Below are positions 40,466 to 50,957 of a stretch of DNA of 64,000 nt, one piece after another (within the stretch, counting starts at the first letter, position 1; every line of letters starts with the position of its first letter). The stretch is from Brevundimonas sp. (GTDB lineage Bacteria > Pseudomonadota > Alphaproteobacteria > Caulobacterales > Caulobacteraceae). The stretch is taken from the NCBI RefSeq assembly GCF_003248965.1, contig NZ_QFQU01000013.1, one strand, 5' to 3'. The translations under genes were made by a program, and so were the position numbers. The notes below the pieces were generated by a model that was not told where the DNA came from, did no database searches, and saw nothing but the letters and a program-made list of their open reading frames with translations.

Positions 40466-41769
40466 CGAGCGACCTTCCCAGCCACCGCCGCCGCGGAATA
40501 GGCCGCCGCGACCTCGCTCCAGCCATAGTCGGCTATCCGTTCCAGGCAGGCCTTCTGAACGGCCAGAGCCGCATCTCGGTCTTCCAGCGTCGAGAGGATC
40601 AGATCCCGCAATTTTCGGCTGTCGTTCGGATCGAAGGTGAAGGCGGCCAGTTGCGGCTCGTCCGCGACCAGTTCACGCAGATGCGGGCCATCGGCCATCA
40701 AACAGGGGGTACTGACGCTTACAGCCTCATAGAAGGGGAACGGACCCAGTCCACCTTCGAAGATGGACGGATGAACGGCAAGCGCCGCGCAATGATAAAA
40801 GGCGGCGTGCACTTCCCTCGGCAGATCGGTCATGGACACGACGTCGCCGACCATCAGGTCATGTTCCAACTGGTTTGGCAGGGGCGTCCAAGTGGCGCCG
40901 AAATGCAGCGGAGCGGTCATGAACAACTTGAGATTGCGCCTCTCGTCGCGGACGAGCATTCGCACCGCTTCCGCTGCCAGCCGAATGTTCTTCGTCACGC
41001 GATCCTGCGTCGACACCGCGACATAGTCGATCTCCTCGAAAGGAAAGTCAGCCAATTGGGTCCAGCCTCGCTCGTGCGCATGGGAACGCAGAAGCTCGGC
41101 GGCGGCGCTTCGACTTGCCACCGTCCAACCTTGGCGTGCATAGGGTGCCAGGTGCGACAGATTGGGCGGCGCATGCGGCACCACGTGAATCTTTTCCCTC
41201 GCAACCCCGAACAGACGCCCCGCCTGCTCGTTCGCGACATGGTTCGAAAAGGTCACGACGCAATCCGAACCGTCAAGCAGCGTCTGGACCTGTTGGCGCC
41301 ACCGCAAATGATAGCCGTTGGGGCCCCACGCCCCCGCGTCGGGAACAGGAAACGCTACCGGTATGCCATCGGGGAAGATGGTGGCCACCGGCGCGTCCAG
41401 CAGCAGTGCATGACGGAAGTACGGGAAAAGCACGATCCACCCTTCCACCTTCACATGCGCATTGGCGAATCTGGCCTGACCTTCGAAGTCGTCCGCGGCG
41501 AGCCCCAGTTCGGGCGAAGGGGAGTGCAGAACATAATCCACCCCTTCGACGGCCTGCAGAGACGCCAGGTCGTTCCTGGCCTCCGCTCGGACGCCCTCGG
41601 GCATCACGATGTGGAACGTATAGGTCTTCCCCTTGGCCACGCCCTCGATCATGAAACCGAGAAGCCGGGTCATGCCCTCGTTGGCCCAACGCGCGCCGAC
41701 GGGCCATTCCGTCCACACGCCGACAGGAATGCGGGCCTTGTCTTCAGCGGATTTGGAACGCGCGTTCAT
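40462..41769 (-). CDS. GT-B fold glycosyltransferase (GT4-like)
   Basis: IFPDGIP, VTFSNHVA, TQDRVTKN, HPSIFEGGLGPFPFYEA, FDPND. Confidence 0.75.
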   Translation of the reverse strand: MNARSKSAEDKARIPVGVWTEWPVGARWANEGMTRLLGFMIEGVAKGKTYTFHIVMPEGVRAEARNDLASLQAVEGVDYVLHSPSPELGLAADDFEGQARFANAHVKVEGWIVLFPYFRHALLLDAPVATIFPDGIPVAFPVPDAGAWGPNGYHLRWRQQVQTLLDGSDCVVTFSNHVANEQAGRLFGVAREKIHVVPHAPPNLSHLAPYARQGWTVASRSAAAELLRSHAHERGWTQLADFPFEEIDYVAVSTQDRVTKNIRLAAEAVRMLVRDERRNLKLFMTAPLHFGATWTPLPNQLEHDLMVGDVVSMTDLPREVHAAFYHCAALAVHPSIFEGGLGPFPFYEAVSVSTPCLMADGPHLRELVADEPQLAAFTFDPNDSRKLRDLILSTLEDRDAALAVQKACLERIADYGWSEVAAAYSAAAVAGKVAR

Positions 41770-43100
41770 GACGACGCCGCGTCGTCGAAGCCGGCGGCGG
41801 CCTCGGCATAGGCTTGAGCGACGGCGGCCCAGCCCCTTTTGCGGCGACGCTCATAGGCCGGACGCTGAAGCGCCACGGCGGCCTCGGGATCTTCCAGTAC
41901 GTCCAGGACAAGCTTTCGCATGGCGGGAATGTCGTAGGGATCGAAGGTCAGCGGCTCGAGCTCCGGAGCCGTTTCCATCAGTTCACGCACATGCGGTCCC
42001 ACCCCCATAATGCAAGGCGTGCCGACGCTGACCGCTTCGTAGAATGTCAAGGTGCCTACGATGCCCTCGTAGAAGGTCGGGTGAATTGTCAAGGTTGCGC
42101 AATGGAAAAGCGCGGCGTGAACGTCGCGCGGCACGTCCGGCATCGAGACGATGTCATGCTGCATCTGGTGATCCGCCACCAGGCCGGGAAACAACGTCCA
42201 GCCGGCGCCATGATGCAGGGGCGCCGTGGTGAACAATTTCAAATTCCGCCGCTCGTCCCGAACCAGCCGTCGCACGACCTCGGCCGCACGACCGACGTTC
42301 TTCGTCACCCGATCCTGGGTCGCGACCATGACGAAGGGCGTTTCCTCGAATGGGAAGGCCCGCAGATAATCCAGCCCCTTTGTCGCAGCGTAATCGCGGA
42401 GGATATTGGCCGCCAAACGCCGGGTTTCAGGCGTTTTTCGGCGATCCTTTATGAAGGGAAGAATCGGCGCCAGGTCCGGCGGCGCGTGCGGCACCACACG
42501 AATCAAGCTTTCGTCGAGCCCCAGCAGCTTGACCCCATGACGGCGCGCGACATGCTTGGAATGGGCGATCACCGCCTGGCCGTCGGACAGGGTGTCGCGC
42601 GCGATAGTCTTCCACCGCACCCATTCGCCTTGCGGACCCCAATAGTGGTTGTAATCCCAGCCTATTGGAAAATCGTAGGGAATGGCGTCCGGCAACAGCA
42701 CCGCCTTGCGACGATCCAACAGACGCGATCCAGTGAAATGTGGGAAGGTGTTGATCCAACCGGCGACATCGATGTGGGCGTTGGCGTAGGCCGCCATCGA
42801 AGCAGCGAGGGAGGACTTGTCTGAAATCGGTCCGTGCTCGCGCGCCCATTCCGCCTCGAAAGCCTCGCTGGGTTCATCGACGATCCAGTCGACACCCTCC
42901 TTCGCCAGCAGCGTGCGCAGGTCCTCGCGCACGGTCTCGGCCATCCCGCGCGGCACCAGGACCCGGAAGATGTAATCGCCGGTTTCGGCTCCACCCTCGA
43001 TCAGGAAACCGACAATCCGAGAAATACCCTCGTTGGCCCACCGTGCGCCCGGAGGCAGTTCGCTCCAGACGCCGATCGCGGTCCGATTTCCCTCAAGCAC
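41766..43100 (-). CDS. GT-B fold glycosyltransferase (GT4-like), paralog of 40462-41769
   Basis: GVWSELPPGARWANEG, TQDRVTKN, HPTFYEGIVGTLTFYEA, FDPYD; GTG start with GGAGGG RBS. Confidence 0.75.
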   Translation of the reverse strand: MLEGNRTAIGVWSELPPGARWANEGISRIVGFLIEGGAETGDYIFRVLVPRGMAETVREDLRTLLAKEGVDWIVDEPSEAFEAEWAREHGPISDKSSLAASMAAYANAHIDVAGWINTFPHFTGSRLLDRRKAVLLPDAIPYDFPIGWDYNHYWGPQGEWVRWKTIARDTLSDGQAVIAHSKHVARRHGVKLLGLDESLIRVVPHAPPDLAPILPFIKDRRKTPETRRLAANILRDYAATKGLDYLRAFPFEETPFVMVATQDRVTKNVGRAAEVVRRLVRDERRNLKLFTTAPLHHGAGWTLFPGLVADHQMQHDIVSMPDVPRDVHAALFHCATLTIHPTFYEGIVGTLTFYEAVSVGTPCIMGVGPHVRELMETAPELEPLTFDPYDIPAMRKLVLDVLEDPEAAVALQRPAYERRRKRGWAAVAQAYAEAAAGFDDAASS

Positions 43101-44280
43101 CAGGAGCCCTCCAAAGACGCTCCACGATCGAGGACCAGTCCTCCGCATCAGCGCGCCGGGGCTGCGCGGCCTCAGACGTCCGGGCGGTTTCGGACAAGGC
43201 CGCCTTCAAGGCGTCGGCGACCAGACCGGCTTCCGACCGATCATAGAAATAAGCCTTCACCCCAAGCTCGCGCGCCAGGCTCTCGGCCTGAGGATAGCGC
43301 AGACCTATGAAGGGCGTCTTCGCCTGAGCCGCACGAAGAAGCCCTTCCCCCTCCGCATCGGCCAAGGCGCTCGACCAGACCAGCTTGGCGCGCGACAATG
43401 CGCGAACGAGCCCCCGCTCGTCGGAGACCGTCTCGCAAGAGATGGATTTCGCCGCCCTTCGCGCCCAGGGAGGCGTCGCGGCCAGAGTGACCTGTCCATC
43501 GTCAGGCGCGAAGCCATAGGCTTGCTCGCCACATACCGTGATCTTGGCCTCCACGCCCTCCGACCGCAGAATGCGGATCGCTTCCAACCCAACGGCGGGG
43601 TCGTGTCCGGCGTAAGGTTCAGCCAACCATAGCAGGTCGATGGACTGGCAGTCCTCGCGGGCGGAAATGGTCGATCCCGGCCGAAGTTGCGGAGCCTGGA
43701 CGATCCGGTCGCGCCGAACGCCCGCATATCCGGAGATATCGTCGCACGTCGAAATCTGAGAGGCGAACACGCAATCGGCCTGGCGCCAAAGCCTGAATGC
43801 ATGATCCTGGCGTCGCCAGAAGATGTGATCGAGACCGGACGCGAACGCCGCCGGCACATAACGCTGCGCCAGGTCGCGGACATAATAAGCGACAGGCTTC
43901 AGCGGCACCACGGCGCCCTGCGCCGCGTCGGCGCATACGATCCAGGCGTCGCAGTCCATGAAGTTCCATCCCCAGTCGCGGGGAAGGGCGACATCGGGAA
44001 TGTCGTCCAGACTGGCCTTCAGATCGGGGAACATCCTTTGGGCCATAGCAGGCTCGACCCGCTCCCATCCGAGATGTCGCACGACAACGCCGCTATCCTC
44101 CGTAAGAAGCTCGGCTTCCTTCTTCCGCCACTCCGCTTCGGATTCACGCGGCAACCCTATTGCAACCGTGATCTCGCCGCCGTTTGGCGCGCCCGCTTGG
44201 CGGAGAGCGGCCGCGAGTTCCTTCGCGCGCCAAAGCCAACCCAGATCTGGACGCTCGGAGAGAAGTATCGCGATTTTCAA
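43093..44280 (-). CDS. divergent glycosyltransferase-like protein
   Basis: MKIAILL start, VRDLAQRY, GT-B-like layout; donor-binding motif degenerate (ADAEGEGLLRAA); first gene of coupled operon. Confidence 0.55.
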   Translation of the reverse strand: MKIAILLSERPDLGWLWRAKELAAALRQAGAPNGGEITVAIGLPRESEAEWRKKEAELLTEDSGVVVRHLGWERVEPAMAQRMFPDLKASLDDIPDVALPRDWGWNFMDCDAWIVCADAAQGAVVPLKPVAYYVRDLAQRYVPAAFASGLDHIFWRRQDHAFRLWRQADCVFASQISTCDDISGYAGVRRDRIVQAPQLRPGSTISAREDCQSIDLLWLAEPYAGHDPAVGLEAIRILRSEGVEAKITVCGEQAYGFAPDDGQVTLAATPPWARRAAKSISCETVSDERGLVRALSRAKLVWSSALADAEGEGLLRAAQAKTPFIGLRYPQAESLARELGVKAYFYDRSEAGLVADALKAALSETARTSEAAQPRRADAEDWSSIVERLWRAPGA

Positions 44281-44302
44281 GGGGTGGGACCTCGTATGAT
44301 GA

Positions 44303-45403
<1,101 letters not shown>

Positions 45404-45421
45404 GAGCCCGCGATTCCCCGT

Positions 45422-46030
45422 TTGGTGGTTATCGGGGCGGGTGGACACGCCAAGGTCGTCGTCGAACTGGCGCGGTCTTGCGGCTTCGAAGTCGTCGGCT
45501 GCCTCGACGCCGACGATACGCCACGTCTCGTCGTCGGCGCGCCGGTGATCGGCAAGGACGACATGGCGGCGGCGCTTCTCGCCGAAGGCGTGAGATTTGC
45601 GGCCCTGGGCCTCGGATCCAACCGGACACGGGAACGAATCGGCCTTCGGTTCGAAGAACTGGGATTCGAACTGCCTGCCTTGATCAGTCCCCGCGCGACG
45701 GTGTCTCCTTCGGCCGTGGTCGAACGCGGCGCCATCGTCATGCCGGGCGCGGTCCTGAACGCCGATTGCAGGATCGGGGCGTTCAGCATCATCAACACCT
45801 GCGCATCGGTCGATCATGATTGCCGGTTAGGCGTCGCGGCGCATGTCGCACCCGGCGGCCGGCTGGCCGGATCGGTCGTGGTGGGCGATCGTGCCATGCT
45901 CGGCGTCGGCTCGGCGGTGGCGCCTGGCGTATCGATCGGCGACGATGCGACGCTCGGCGCGGGCGCGACCGCCATCTACGACATTCAATCGAACGCCATC
46001 GCGGTCGGCACGCCCGCCCGCCCAAGATAG
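45422..46030 (+). CDS. NeuD/PglB/PerB-type sugar N-acetyltransferase (hexapeptide repeat)
   Basis: IGAGGHAK, GSNRTR, INTCASVDHD, left-handed beta-helix repeats, GTPAR; real start may be ATT at 45413. Confidence 0.88.
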   Translation: MVVIGAGGHAKVVVELARSCGFEVVGCLDADDTPRLVVGAPVIGKDDMAAALLAEGVRFAALGLGSNRTRERIGLRFEELGFELPALISPRATVSPSAVVERGAIVMPGAVLNADCRIGAFSIINTCASVDHDCRLGVAAHVAPGGRLAGSVVVGDRAMLGVGSAVAPGVSIGDDATLGAGATAIYDIQSNAIAVGTPARPR

Positions 46031-46043
46031 ACAGGATAAAGCC

Positions 46044-47150
46044 ATGGACCGCATCGCCGTCGCCGTTCCGCGCCTCTCGGGCAAGGAAAAGGCCTACGTC
46101 AACGAGGCGCTGGATAGCACCTGGATCTCGTCGCGCGGCCCCTTCATCGAACGCTTCGAGGCGCAGGTCGCCGCCATGGCCGGCGTCAAGCACGCCATCG
46201 CCTGCAACAACGGCACCACCTCCCTGCACTTGGCTATGGTCGGGCTGGGCCTCGGGGCGGGCGACGAGGTCATCATGCCATCGTTGACCTATATCGCCAC
46301 AGCCAATTGCGTTCGCTACTGCAACGCCAGCCCGGTGTTCGTCGACAACGATCCCCGCACCTTCAACATTGATCCGGAGCGCATCGAACAGGCCATCACT
46401 CCACGGACCAAGGGGATTGTGGTCGTTCATCTGTATGGTCAGTCCGCCGACATGGCGCCGATCATGGCGATCGCCGCCCGTTATGGACTCTGGGTGATTG
46501 AGGACGCGGCCGAAGCGCACGGCGCACGATATCGCGGCGCGCCCGTGGGGGGCATCGGGCACTGCGGTAGTTTTAGCTTTTTCGGCAACAAAATCATTAC
46601 GACCGGCGAAGGCGGAGCCGTAACAACGAACGACGATGAGTTGGCGGCCCGTATGCGGCTGTTGCGCAGCCAAGGCATGAGCGCCGAACGGCGTTACTGG
46701 CATCCGGTCGTTGGCTTCAACTATCGAATGACGAACCTTACGGCAGCCATCGGCGTGGCCCAGATGGAACGGCTTGACGAGGCCCTGGCCCGGCGCGTCG
46801 AGATCGCCGCCACCTATGATCAAGCTCTCGCTGGGCTGGTCGATATGATCGACTTGCCCTTCACCGCGATCGACTGCGAGCATTCATTTTGGATGTACAC
46901 CATCATGCTGAAACCACACGTCGGAACGTCCCGCGACGAGGTGATGGCGCGAATGGACGCGGATGGCGTGGAGACACGCCCCGTCTTCTATCCGGTCAAC
47001 GACATGCCGCCCTACTATGACGCTTCGGTCGACGCCCCGAACGCGCGCCTTTGCGCAGCCCAGGGCATCAATCTACCGACTCACGAGTCATTGTCGGCGG
47101 ACGATATCACGCGCGTAGGTGAAACGCTGAGACGCGCACTGAATTCGTAA
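46044..47150 (+). CDS. DegT/DnrJ/StrS aminotransferase, probable GDP-perosamine synthase
   Basis: WISSRGPFI, NGTTSLHLA, VHLYGQ, IEDAAEAHG, FSFFGNKIITTGEGG, GFNYRMTN, ETRPVF, GINLPT; directly downstream of gmd. Confidence 0.9.
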   Translation: MDRIAVAVPRLSGKEKAYVNEALDSTWISSRGPFIERFEAQVAAMAGVKHAIACNNGTTSLHLAMVGLGLGAGDEVIMPSLTYIATANCVRYCNASPVFVDNDPRTFNIDPERIEQAITPRTKGIVVVHLYGQSADMAPIMAIAARYGLWVIEDAAEAHGARYRGAPVGGIGHCGSFSFFGNKIITTGEGGAVTTNDDELAARMRLLRSQGMSAERRYWHPVVGFNYRMTNLTAAIGVAQMERLDEALARRVEIAATYDQALAGLVDMIDLPFTAIDCEHSFWMYTIMLKPHVGTSRDEVMARMDADGVETRPVFYPVNDMPPYYDASVDAPNARLCAAQGINLPTHESLSADDITRVGETLRRALNS

Positions 47151-47154
47151 GGAG

Positions 47155-50100
47155 CTACAGATTCAGCAGCGCCGGATCCCCGCCCTGCGCGGCGATGTTC
47201 ACGCTGATCGCCTTCTCGGCGGCGTAGCGGATCAGGCTGTTGGGGCCGCCCGCCTTGGGGCCGGTGCCGGACAGGCCTTCGCCTCCGAAGGGTTGGACGC
47301 CGACGACGGCGCCGGTGATGGAGCGGTTGACGTAGACGTTGCCGGCGGGGACCAGCGAGACGACCTCGTCGGCGAAGGCCTCGATGCGGCTGTGGACGCC
47401 CAGTGTCAGGCCATAGCCGCGGGCGGCCAGCTTGCCGGCGACCGACTTCAGGTCGGACGGGGCGTAGCGGTGGATGTGCAGGATGGGGCCGAAGACCTCG
47501 CGTTCCAGGAAATCGGGCGTGGGGATTTCGGCGATGGTGGGGGCGAACAGGTCGCCTTTTTCGGCGCCCAGAGGCAGGTCGGCGCGGGCGATGATTTTCG
47601 CCTCCTTGGACAGGCGCTCGACGTGGGCTTCCAGGGCGCGGCGGGATTCCGGGTCGATGACCGGGCCGATGTCGGTCCTGGGATCGGCGGGGTCGGCGAC
47701 GGTCTGGACGGCCAAGGCGCCCTTCAGCCCCTCGATCAGGGCGTCGGCGGAATCCCTGGGCACATAGAGGACGCGGAGCGCCGAGCAGCGTTGCCCGGCC
47801 GAGCCGAAGGCCGACTGGATCACGTCGTCGATCACCTGTTCCTTCAAGGCCGTGGTGTCGATGAACATGCCGTTCAGGCCGCCGGTTTCGGCGATGAAGG
47901 GGATGATGGCGCCGGGGCGGGCGGCGATGGAGCGGTTAATGGCGGCGGCCGTGTCCGTGCCGCCGGTGAAGGCGACGCCGTCGACGCCCGGATGCGTGAC
48001 CAGGGCCGCGCCGACCGTCTCGCCGCGTCCAGGGACCAGGGCCAGCAGATCGGGGTTCAGACCGGCCTTGTGATACAGGCGCACGGCCTCGGCGGCGATC
48101 AGGGGCGTCTGTTCGGCGGGCTTGGCCAGGACGGCGTTGCCGGCGGCCAGCGCAGCGGCGATCTGGCCGGTGAAGATGGCCAGCGGGAAGTTCCACGGTG
48201 AAATGCAGGCGAAGACGCCGCGTCCGTGCAGGATCAGCTGGTTGGTCTCGCCCGTCGGCCCCTTCAGGGTTTCCGGCGCCGAGAAGTCGCGTTCGGCCAA
48301 GAGGGCGTAGTAGCGGCAGAAGTCGGCGGCCTCGCGCACCTCGGCGACGCCGTCGTTCAGGGTCTTGCCCGCCTCGCGGCTGAGCAGGGCGACCAGGCGG
48401 TCCATGTCCGCCTCCAGCGCATCGGCCATGGCGCGCAGGGTCACGGCGCGTTTGACGCCGCCCTGACGGTCCCAGGCGACCTGGGCGTTGGCGGCGGCTT
48501 CGACGGCGGCGTCGATGTCGGCCGTCTCGGCCTCGGACACATGGCCCAGCACCTGCGAGCGGTCGAACGGATTGGTCACGTCCTGAGGATTGATCCCGGC
48601 GCGAAGCTTGCCGCCGACGAGGGGGCCTGAGGTCAGCTTCTCGCGGTCCACCAGCTGCAGCGCCCGGGCGTGGGCTTCACGGTCGGCGGCCTGGCTGTAG
48701 TCGCGGCCGAGGGAGTTCTGACGATCGCCGTACATGTCTTTCGGAACCGGAATCTTGGGGTGACGGTCGGGGGCCTGCTCGACCAGGGAGATGGGATCGG
48801 CCGCGACGGCCGAGGCGGGCACGCGCTCGTCCAGCAAGGCGTGGACGAAGGAGGAGTTGGCGCCGTTTTCCAGCAGGCGCCGCACCAGATAGGGCAGCAG
48901 TTCCTCGTGCCCGCCGACAGGGGCATAGGCGCGCACGATCACCGTTTCGTCGGACCATGTGTCGATGGCGGCGTCATAAAGCGCCTCGCCCATGCCGTGC
49001 AGCCGCTGGTGCTCGACCGTGACGCCGTGATCCCGCGCCATGCGCCGCACGGCCGCCAGCGTATGGGCGTTGTGGCTGGCGAACTGACTGTAGATGGCCG
49101 GCGCGGCCTCGATCATGGCCTTGGCGCAAACCAGATAGTTCAGATCGGTCGCCGCCTTGGTCGTGAAGACCGGATAGTCGGTGCGGCCGAACACCTGGGC
49201 GCGCTTGATCTCGGTGTCCCAATAGGCGCCCTTGACCAGACGCACCATCAGACGACGCCCCGAGCGGCGGGCCAGGTCGGCGACCCGCTGAATCGTCTCC
49301 AGCCCCCGCTTCTGATAGGCCTGAACCGCCAGACCCAGCCCGGTCCAGCCGCCCAGCGACGGCTCGTGCGCCAGCCGGTCCAGCAGCTTCAGCGACAGGG
49401 CCAGACGGTCGGCCTCCTCGGCGTCCATCGTGAAGTTGATGTCGTATTTCGCCGCGATCCGAGCCAAGCGCAGAATGCGGGGATAGAGGGTGTCCCACAC
49501 CCCGTCCTCGTGCGTCGCCTCATAGCGGGGCGACAAGGCCGACAGTTTCACCGACACGCCGTGGCCGTGTTCCGGCCCCTGGCCTTTTGACGTCTTGCCC
49601 ACCGCTTCGATGGCGTCGGCGTAGATGGTCTCGTACCGATCCGCGTCGGCCATTGTCCGGGCGCCCTCGCCCAGCATGTCGAAGCTGCACAGCCAGCCTT
49701 CCTTGTTCGACCGTTTCAGCGCCGCCTGGATAGTGCGGCCCACGACGAACTGCTCGCCCATGATCTTGACGGCGGTGGCCACGGCCTGACGGATCACCGG
49801 CTCGCCGATCCGGCCCGCGATCCGCTTCAGGAAGCCGGACAGGTCGGTTTTGGCCTCTTCATCGACGTCCACCAGCTTGCCGGTCAGCATCAGGCCCCAG
49901 GTCGAGGCGTTGACGAACAAACTGTCGGACTGGCCCAGATGGCTGGCCCAGTCAGCCGAGCCGATCTTTTCGGCGATCAGGCGGTCGCGCGTCTCCTCGT
50001 CCGGCACGCGCAGCAGAGCCTCGGCCAGACACATCAGGGCCAGACCCTCGCGGGTGCCCAGCGAGAATTGCTGCAGGAAGCTTTCGACCACCCCCTGTTT

Positions 50101-50286
50101 CTTCTGGCTGCGGCGGGCGTGTTCGACCAGGGCCGTGGCCTCGGCGACCACGGCGAGGCGTTCGTCCGCGCTCAAGGGAATGCGGGCCAGGTTGGCGGCG
50201 ACCGCCGCACGCTCGTCGCGGAACTTGTCGTGATCCAGCCCGTCCCAGGCGGCCAGGCTCGAAGGCGTGAAGGCTGAAGCGGTCAT
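47155..50286 (-). CDS. putA: bifunctional proline dehydrogenase / P5C dehydrogenase
   Basis: [79 protein letters not shown]; alternative start 50310. Confidence 0.97.
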   Translation of the reverse strand: MTASAFTPSSLAAWDGLDHDKFRDERAAVAANLARIPLSADERLAVVAEATALVEHARRSQKKQGVVESFLQQFSLGTREGLALMCLAEALLRVPDEETRDRLIAEKIGSADWASHLGQSDSLFVNASTWGLMLTGKLVDVDEEAKTDLSGFLKRIAGRIGEPVIRQAVATAVKIMGEQFVVGRTIQAALKRSNKEGWLCSFDMLGEGARTMADADRYETIYADAIEAVGKTSKGQGPEHGHGVSVKLSALSPRYEATHEDGVWDTLYPRILRLARIAAKYDINFTMDAEEADRLALSLKLLDRLAHEPSLGGWTGLGLAVQAYQKRGLETIQRVADLARRSGRRLMVRLVKGAYWDTEIKRAQVFGRTDYPVFTTKAATDLNYLVCAKAMIEAAPAIYSQFASHNAHTLAAVRRMARDHGVTVEHQRLHGMGEALYDAAIDTWSDETVIVRAYAPVGGHEELLPYLVRRLLENGANSSFVHALLDERVPASAVAADPISLVEQAPDRHPKIPVPKDMYGDRQNSLGRDYSQAADREAHARALQLVDREKLTSGPLVGGKLRAGINPQDVTNPFDRSQVLGHVSEAETADIDAAVEAAANAQVAWDRQGGVKRAVTLRAMADALEADMDRLVALLSREAGKTLNDGVAEVREAADFCRYYALLAERDFSAPETLKGPTGETNQLILHGRGVFACISPWNFPLAIFTGQIAAALAAGNAVLAKPAEQTPLIAAEAVRLYHKAGLNPDLLALVPGRGETVGAALVTHPGVDGVAFTGGTDTAAAINRSIAARPGAIIPFIAETGGLNGMFIDTTALKEQVIDDVIQSAFGSAGQRCSALRVLYVPRDSADALIEGLKGALAVQTVADPADPRTDIGPVIDPESRRALEAHVERLSKEAKIIARADLPLGAEKGDLFAPTIAEIPTPDFLEREVFGPILHIHRYAPSDLKSVAGKLAARGYGLTLGVHSRIEAFADEVVSLVPAGNVYVNRSITGAVVGVQPFGGEGLSGTGPKAGGPNSLIRYAAEKAISVNIAAQGGDPALLNL

Positions 50287-50395
50287 GGCGGACAAATCCT
50301 GTGGATTCATCCCCTATATGTCGGAGTTCATCGAAGGTGCTTCGTATGATATATGATCAAGCCGAAGATCATTCGTATTCCAGGTCTATTTTCCG

Positions 50396-50857
50396 ATGAT
50401 CGAAATCGACGCCGTCGACCGCCGCATCCTGCGGGTTCTCCAGACCGACGCCCGCATCTCCAACGCCGAACTGGCCCGGCGCTGCAACCTGTCGCCCGCC
50501 GCCTGTTTCGAGCGGGTCAAACGGCTGCGCGAAAAGAAGGTCATCACCGGTTATGCCGCCATGATCGACCCGGCCCAGGTCGGGCGCGACCTGTTGATCT
50601 TCGTCGAGGTGCTGCTGGACCGCACCACCGGCGACGTCTTCGAGGGCTTCGCCGAGGCCGTCCGCACCCAGCCCGAGGTTCTGGAGTGCCACATGGTCGC
50701 CGGCGGCTTCGACTATCTGATCAAGGCCCGCGTCGCCGACATGGACGCCTATCGCGCCTTTCTGGGCGATGTTCTGGTGCGGATGCCGGGCGTGCGGGAA
50801 ACCCGCACCTATGCCGTTCTCGAAGAGGTGAAGTCCACGACGGTGCTGCCGCTCTGA
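50396..50857 (+). CDS. Lrp/AsnC family regulator (PutR-like)
   Basis: IDAVDRRIL..DARISNAELA HTH, ECHMVAGGFDYL; divergent from putA. Confidence 0.9.
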   Translation: MIEIDAVDRRILRVLQTDARISNAELARRCNLSPAACFERVKRLREKKVITGYAAMIDPAQVGRDLLIFVEVLLDRTTGDVFEGFAEAVRTQPEVLECHMVAGGFDYLIKARVADMDAYRAFLGDVLVRMPGVRETRTYAVLEEVKSTTVLPL

Positions 50858-50957
50858 GATTGCGGCAGTCTCGAACCACAACCGACGGTCGCCGTAGGTG
50901 ACGACAACGACAGGCTCGGCTAGTACTGACCATCCCTCAGACAAACGTAACGTGCCC

